A DNA stretch of 64,000 nucleotides from Rhizomicrobium sp. (GTDB lineage: Bacteria > Pseudomonadota > Alphaproteobacteria > Micropepsales > Micropepsaceae): assembly GCA_037200865.1 (NCBI GenBank), contig JBBCIC010000009.1, forward strand, positions 153,365-217,364. Direction: 5' to 3'. Below are positions 57,419 to 64,000 of this stretch, piece after piece. The position numbers and the translations under genes are program-made. The notes beneath the pieces are model-generated. The model saw only the letters and a program-made list of their open reading frames with translations, did no database searches and was not told where the DNA came from. How positions within the stretch are numbered: the first letter of the stretch is position 1; every line of letters begins with the position of its first letter.

Positions 57419-60376
57419 GTGGATTTCACAAGGCTGCGCCGTGTGGCGCTTTGCCTGGGCATATTGGTGTTCGCGCGCGGACAGGCGCTATCGCCGTCGG
57501 TGGGGCTCAGCCGGATCGAGACCAAGGATCTGGAGCTCCTCTACTACGATCCCATCCAGACCTATCTGACGCCCTATGCGGCGCGCTCCTACGAGAACTC
57601 GTTCGCCTTCCAGCGCCGGATGTTCGACTGGACGCCGTTCGACCGTCCCGTCGTCCTCCCTGCGCGACCTGTCGGACAACGGCCGCGCCACGGTGCGCGC
57701 CGCCCCCAGCAATGCGCTCACCCTCGACGTGGCGCCGATCTACATCCCGTTCGAGACCTTCAGCCCGGGCGAGCGCTTCTTCACCCTGATGAACCACGAG
57801 CTCGTCCACATCGCGACGATGGACGTCGCCGACGACTCGGACAACTGGTGGCGCAAGGTGTTCCACGGCAAGCCGCTGCCGATCGTCGACCACCCCGAAT
57901 CGATCCTCTACAACTACCTCGCCGCGCCGCGCACCACGGTGCCGCGCTGGTATCTCGAAGGCAGCGCCGTGTTCATGGAGACCTGGATGGCCGGCGGCCT
58001 CGGCCGCGCCCAGGGCGCCTATGACGAGATGGTGTTCCGCGCCAAGGTCCGCGACAACGCCGAATTCTACACCCCGCTGGGGCTGGAGGCGGAAGGCAAC
58101 TCGATCGACTTCCAGGTCGGCGCCAACGACTACCTCTACGGCACACGGTTCGATTCCTATCTCGCCCTGACCTACGGACCGCAAAAGGTCATCGACTGGC
58201 TCAAGCGCCAGCAAGGCAGCGAGCCCTATTACGCCAGCGACTTCGAGCGGGTGTTCGGCAAGCCGCTGGACGACGCCTGGGCCGACTGGATCAAGTGGGA
58301 GCACGACTTCCAGGCCAAGAACCTCAAGGCCGTGCAGCAATATCCGGTGACGCCGACCAAGCCGCTCACCGACCACGCCCTGGGCTCGGTGTCGCGTACC
58401 TATTACGACGCCAAGACCGACAGCCTGATCGCCGGCTTCCGCGCCCCCGGCGTGATCGCGAATATCGGCATGATCTCGCTGAAGGACGGCAGCATCCGCA
58501 AGCTGACCAACCTGAAAGGCCCGGCGCTCTACCGCGTCACCCTCGCTCGCCTATGACGAGACGGAAAACAAGGTCTACTACACCACCGACAACAACGACT
58601 ACCGCGACCTGATGGAGATCGACCTCGCCGGCGGCGTGACGAAGATGCTGATTCACGACGGCCGCGCCGGCGATATCGCGCTCAATCCGGTGGATCACTC
58701 GCTGTGGGGGGTGCGGCCGCTCAACGGTCTGGCGTCGCTGGTCCGCGTCGGGCCCGAGCACGACAGTTGGAAGCTGGTCCACGCCTTTCCCTATGGGCGT
58801 ATCCTGTTCGACCTCGACATCTCGCCCCGACGGCCAATACCTCGCCGCCTCGATCGGCGAGATCAACGGCGACCAGCGGATCGGGGTGTTCCGCACCGCC
58901 GAACTCCAGGCCGGCATCGTCAACGAGATCGCCACCTTGAAGCGCGATCCGGCGGTGCCGGAGGGCGGCGTGTTCTCGCCGGACGGCAAGTACCTCTACG
59001 CCACCGCCTATTACACGGGCGTGTCGAACATCTACCGGCTCGAACTGGCGACCGGCAAGATCGAGGCGGTCAGCAACGCGGTCACCGGCTTCTTCCGGCC
59101 GCTGCCGATGACCGACGGCTCGCTGATCGCCTATGAATACACCGGCCAGGGGTTTCTTCCGGTGCGCATCGCGCCCAAGCCGCTCGATGATCTGGGCAAT
59201 GTCAGCTTCCTCGGCACCGAGATCGCGAACAAATATCCCATCGTGAAGAGCTGGGCGGTCGGGCCGCCGTCGAAGATCCCGCTGGAATCGATGATCACCG
59301 GGCAGGGCGCTTATATCCCGCGCGACGAGTTGCGCCTGATGTCGCTCTATCCCACGGTCATGGGCTACAAGGGCCATGCCGCGCTCGGCCTTTACGCCGA
59401 GCTCGAAGATCCGCTCGGCTACAACGAGCTCACCGCAAACGTCTCCTACTCGCCGGCCGGCAACATCACCGCCGGCGAGCAGTTCCACGCCGACGTCGCC
59501 TACCGCACGCTCTACTGGCACGTGCGCTATTGGCACAACAGCGCGAATTTCTACGACCTGTTCGGACCCGTCGACCGCAGCCGCAAGGGCGACGCGCTGC
59601 TCGGCGGTTACAACACGGTGCTGATCTACGATATGCCGCGCCGCCTCGACTTCTCCGCCGACCTCGAACTCTATTCCGGCCTCGACACGCTGCCGGGGGC
59701 GCAAAACGTGGCGACTGCGGCGCCGAGCCTGGGCACGCTGCGCCTGGCGCTCAACTATGACAACATCGACAAGTCGCTGGGCGCGGTGGACTACGAGGAA
59801 GGCTATCACCTGCGCGGCGTGCTGCGTTCCGACTACACGCGCGGGACCTTCTTCCCCAAGGCGCGGCTGGATGCGAGCGCCGGCCTGGCGCTGCCGTGGA
59901 AGCATTCTTCGCTCTGGGGCTATGCCTCGGTGGGGTACGGCACCGGCGACCCGAATGACGGGCTCGACTATTTCTACTTCGGCTCCTTCGGCAACAACTA
60001 TGTCGACGACGGGGAGGTCAAGCGCTACCGCGAGTTCGACAGCTTCCCCGGCTTCGACATCGACGCGATCAGTGCCAAGAGCTTCGTCAAGGCGCTCGGC
60101 GAATGGAATTTCCCGCCCGTGCGCTTCAACGACGTCGGTTCGGCCGGATTCTATTTGAGCTCGGTCCGCCCGGCGCTGTTCGCCGGCGTGCTGTGGGGCG
60201 ACCCGGGCCTTTCCGCGTTGCACACTTACGAGACCGTGGGCTTCCAGCTCGACTGGAACTTCACCGTCGCGGTGCGCCTGCCGATGACGCTGTCGGTCGG
60301 CTATGCCCGGGGGTTCAGCGACAGCAGCATCACCGGCCGCCACGACGAGATCCTGGTGTCGCTCAAGATTCTCTGA
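57419..60376 (+). CDS. ~984-aa outer-membrane protein: HExxH metallopeptidase-like domain + beta-propeller + C-terminal beta-barrel (Omp85-like); three +1 frameshifts
   Basis: ORF pieces 57419-, 57576-, 58612- and 58793- join after removing one C at 57658-60, 58540-42 and 58825-28. Motifs: NHELVH, PRWYLEGSAVFME, PD40-like SPDGQY/FSPDGKY, and amphipathic beta-strands at the C-terminus. Confidence 0.8.
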
Positions 60377-60392
60377 AGGACGCGAGGCGCCC

Positions 60393-61409
60393 ATGGCGAC
60401 GCAATTTCTCATCGAAGCGCCCATCGCCCTGGTGCCGGTTCTCGTCTTCCTCGTGACGCTGCACCTTTTCGATTCCTATCGCCTCACCAGCCTTGCCGAA
60501 ATGGCCGAGACGATGATCACCGGCGCGGTGCTGGCGGCGGCGGCTTATTTCGCCAACGGCTATCTGCTTGGCGCGCTCGGCATCGACTACGCGGTCTACA
60601 GCCATGTCGTCGGGCCGGCGGTCGAGGAAGCGCTCAAGGCCGCGGCGCTGGTCGTGTTCTTCGCGCGCAACCGCATCGGCTTCATGATCGACGCGCTGAT
60701 CATGGGCTTCGCCGTCGGCACGGGGTTCGGGGTCTTCGAGAACCTCTATTATCTCTATGCCTTCCAGGACGCGGGCCTGGGCGACTGGATTATCCGCGGC
60801 TTCGGCACCGCGATCCTGCATGGCGGCGCGACCGCGATCTTCGCGGTGCTGTCGCAATCGCTGATCGAGAAGCGCGGCGCCCTGCGGCCCTGGCACTTCG
60901 TTCCCGGCCTCGCCATCGCGATCGCCGCGCATGTCGCCTACAACCTGCTCCAGGACACGCCCTTGATCGCGGCGCTGGCGATCCTCGTCGGCCTGCCGCC
61001 GCTGTTCTATCTCGTCTTCACCAAGAGCGAGCACGCCGTGCACCAATGGCTGGTGCACGATTATGCCTCGCACGAGCAGCTCCTGGCCGACATCGAATCG
61101 GGGCGTTTCCTGCACACCGAGGCCGGGCGGTTCATCCTCAGCCTGACCCGCAAGTTCAGCAAGGCGGTGGTCGAGGACATCTTCGCCTATCTGAAGCTCC
61201 ACACCCAACTCGTACTGCTGGCCGAGAAGCTCAGCCTGGCGCGCGAAAAGGGCGAATCGCTGGCGCCGGTCCCCGGCGTCCGCGACGACCTCAAGCGGCT
61301 GAAGGAGCTCGAACGGCGCATCGGCCGCTCGGCGATGATGGCGCTATGGCCGCATCTGCATTTCAGTCGGCGCGAGTTGTGGGAGCTCCACGAGATGCAC
61401 GGCCTCTGA
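60393..61409 (+). CDS. prsW: PrsW-family glutamic-type intramembrane protease
   Basis: GPAVEEALK, GFGVFEN, LHGGAT and AHVAYN motifs with multiple TMs; GAGG SD before ATG at 60393. Confidence 0.85.
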   Translation: MATQFLIEAPIALVPVLVFLVTLHLFDSYRLTSLAEMAETMITGAVLAAAAYFANGYLLGALGIDYAVYSHVVGPAVEEALKAAALVVFFARNRIGFMIDALIMGFAVGTGFGVFENLYYLYAFQDAGLGDWIIRGFGTAILHGGATAIFAVLSQSLIEKRGALRPWHFVPGLAIAIAAHVAYNLLQDTPLIAALAILVGLPPLFYLVFTKSEHAVHQWLVHDYASHEQLLADIESGRFLHTEAGRFILSLTRKFSKAVVEDIFAYLKLHTQLVLLAEKLSLAREKGESLAPVPGVRDDLKRLKELERRIGRSAMMALWPHLHFSRRELWELHEMHGL

Positions 61410-61428
61410 CGGCGGCAGGACTGCCGCG

Positions 61429-64000
61429 TCAGAAGCCCATGCGGAACTGCGCCCCGACCGACACCGACAGCGGCGTCTCGACGAAGCCCGGCGGGTTGAG
61501 GTCGACCAAGCCGAAGGCGGCGACCTCGCCGCGGCCTTCGAGGACGGTGAGGCCGTACAGCGCCTCCATCCGGTATTCGCGCTTGCCGGCGATGTTCCAG
61601 GCCTGCGTCACCAGGCCCAGCGCGCCGGTGTCGCGGTCGATCACCTCGATCGAGGTGTAGTTCAGCGCGCCGCTTTCGACGTGCAGCGGCTGGGTGACCG
61701 ACAGGCGCAGGGAGTCGAGTTCGGCGAACAGGCCCGTCTTGGCCGCGACGAATTCGAAGGCGGTCGATTGCAGGCCGTTCTCGTCGAGCGTCAGGCCGGA
61801 CGGCACCGATCGCGCCATGGTCGTGTGGGCAAGCGTCGCCGAAACCGGACAGCGTCCAGCCGCCGGACAACGCCGCCGTCAGGCCCAGCGTGGTGCCTTC
61901 GGTGCGCGCGCCGTTGGCGAGCGCGAAGCTGCCGCTGCCCTGCGCGCCGAGCAGGCCGTCGGCCTCGTTCAGCAGCGTGTAGGACGCGTTGAGCGCCAGA
62001 CCCTTGGCAAGCGTGTAGTCGATGCCGGCGACCGATGCCGAGGCCCTTGCGGGGGCGAGCGGAACCGTCTGCAAGGGCCCGAAGGTCGGATCGTAGTACA
62101 GATGGTCGTCCGTCTTCTGGCTGAAACCCAGGCTGACATGGAGGTCGCGGGTGACCGCGATGCCGCCGCTGGCATAAGCGCCGCCCGAGGCGAAGCCGAG
62201 CACCGGATTGACGCCGCCGGTCTCGGGATCGAAGTCGGTGCGCAGGCCAAAGCCGCTCGTCGCCATCAGGGCATAGGCGCCGCTGCCTTCGCCCAGGCGC
62301 ATGTCGATGCCGGCCTCGCGGTTGGAGGCGACGAACTCGGCATGGAACGGCCCTTCGCCGCCGCGCGTCTCGTCGGGCGAAGACGGCGTCGCCACCATCT
62401 CCAGCGCCCAGGCGCCGTCGCGCAGCGGCATGGACTGCGAGCCGAAGTTCAGCGTGTTCACGCCGTGCGCCCAGTCGATCAGGCGCTGATAGAGATAAGT
62501 CTGGAATGGATTGGTGTTGCCGTTCACGCGCTGGTCCTTGCCGGCGAGCAGCGAGCTCAGCGGGATCGTGAAGTCGCGATAGGTCGAGCCGATCGACTCG
62601 AAGGCCACGACATAGGCGCTGCGCTGCTGCCACAGATTGAGCTGGCCGGGATTGAGGACGGCGGATTTGAGGCTCGACGGCGACCAGTTCGCGAACAGCG
62701 GCGTGGTGGTCTGTTTGCCGTTATAGGTGTTGGGCTGATAGACGGTGAGCTTGTTGAAATCGAGCGGCGACTGCGACGCCTCGATGTCGAGCTCGCCCCA
62801 ACCATAGACGGGGTCGACGCCCGGCGCGCCCAGATCCTTCGCCGAGCGGAAGATGATCTGCGCCGTTTCCTCGGCATGTTGCTGCAGCCACGGCCAGCGG
62901 TCCTGCAGCAGGGCGACCGCGCCCGTCACCAGCGGCGCCGCGAACGAGGTGCCGCTCATCCGCGTGACGCCGCCATGGTTGTCGGAGACCAGGATGAGCT
63001 CGCCCGGCGCCACGACGAAGCGGTATTTGAGCTTGTTCTGCTCCAGGCAAAGGCCGAGCAGCGTGAAGCAGGATTCGCCCGGGGTGTTGGAGAACGGCGA
63101 GATCACGCCGGTCGGGCCGACCGAGCCGACCACGATCAGGTTGTTGGGCGCTTCGAGGCCGAGCAGCCACGGCAACGTTCTGCGTCTGCTTGACGCCTTC
63201 ATTGCCGGCTGCCTTGACGATGACGAGGCTGTCCTTGCGGCTGCTGAGCAGCGGACCGCTCAGGATATTGACCCATTCGTTCGACACCGTCGTGCCCGGC
63301 ACGCCGAGCGAGGCGTTCACGACATGGGCGCCCGAATCGTACAGCTTGGCGATGCCGGAGGCGACGTCGTTCCAGCTCGCAGTGCCGCTGGCGTCGAACG
63401 GATTGTAGAGATGGACCTCGGCGTTGGGGTCGACGCCCATCACGCCCTGGCCGTCATGCTCGGCCGCGATCAGGCTGGCGACGGCGGCGCCGTGGTCGTT
63501 CACGTAGTATTTGTAGCCGCCGACGAATTTGAGCCTGTCGACATTGGCGCCGTCCGCGCTCACCGACGAGTCGAGGATGCCGACGATGGCGCGGCCCTCG
63601 CCGCCCTGGATCTGCGTCAGCGACGGCGACCAGTGCACCGCCGGCATCCACCAGTCGACATGGTCGACGCCGGTGAAGTTCATCAGCCCGTCATACCAGT
63701 TCAGGAAGAAGAACGAGCGCGTCGCCGCATCGGTGCCGGCGAGCGAGGCCGGATCGTTGGGGTCGATGCCGTATTTCGCCAGCATGTCGTTGGCGAAGCC
63801 GTCGGCGAAGCTCTTATGGGTGTATTTGCCGACCGCCGGGCTCCAGAACGCCGCGGCCTTGCCGAGGAAGCTGCGGATCTGCGATTGCAGGCTGGAATAG
63901 TCGGTGGCGTTCGCGGCCTGGAGTTTCGTCCAGGTGTCGTTGATCGCGCCCCATTGCGGGCCGGCGGTCTCCCAATAGGGTCCGACCGTCCCCCAGAAGG
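61429..64000 (-). CDS. S8 subtilisin-like serine protease with C-terminal beta-barrel-like domain; 5' end outside the window; two +1 frameshifts
   Basis: Triad VGILDSS / NDHGAAVAS / SGTSFAAP, oxyanion AAGN, ending VGAQFRMGF. Frames join after removing one A at 63174-75 and one at 61842-44. Confidence 0.88.

Noticed and set aside
55092-63202. Calling crp, the barrel gene and the S8 gene pseudogenes
   Set aside because: All lesions are +1 homopolymer extensions, catalytic motifs are intact and I saw no nonsense codons, so sequencing error is more parsimonious.

Overview
GC-rich alphaproteobacterial-type chromosomal window (the taxon is inferred from gene content, including several TonB receptors). 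No rRNA, tRNA, CRISPR array or transposase was seen. In order it contains: (1) a [NiFe]-hydrogenase maturation operon, hypF-hypC-SIS/GmhA-like-hypD-hypE, followed by an FmdE-like protein, a large monoheme cytochrome c, a PRTase-like protein and a VanX-like dipeptidase; (2) a TetR-associated TonB receptor/MFS/carboxylesterase/acyl-CoA ligase operon; (3) a FadR/GntR-controlled hexuronate locus (TonB receptor, manD, GH2-malectin, ExuT-like MFS); (4) a transglutaminase/ATP-grasp/alpha-E/zinc-peptidase module; (5) a ~17 kb aromatic/xenobiotic catabolic region (PCMH/VAO-like flavocytochrome, P450, SDRs, MBL hydrolases, GMC oxidoreductase); (6) an APH-like kinase. The most unusual part is (7) at 55.1-64 kb. 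A Crp/Fnr regulator lies divergent from a membrane-anchored protein with ~340 residues of (AASQ)n tetrad repeats. That gene is followed by a strong terminator, a ~984-aa HExxH-peptidase/beta-propeller/beta-barrel outer-membrane protein and a PrsW-family protease, and the unit converges on an S8 subtilase with a beta-barrel-like tail. I propose this is an undescribed export-and-processing system for a silk-like or fibrous surface protein. Six +1 frameshifts in this last 9 kb all fall in homopolymers and are probably sequencing errors.
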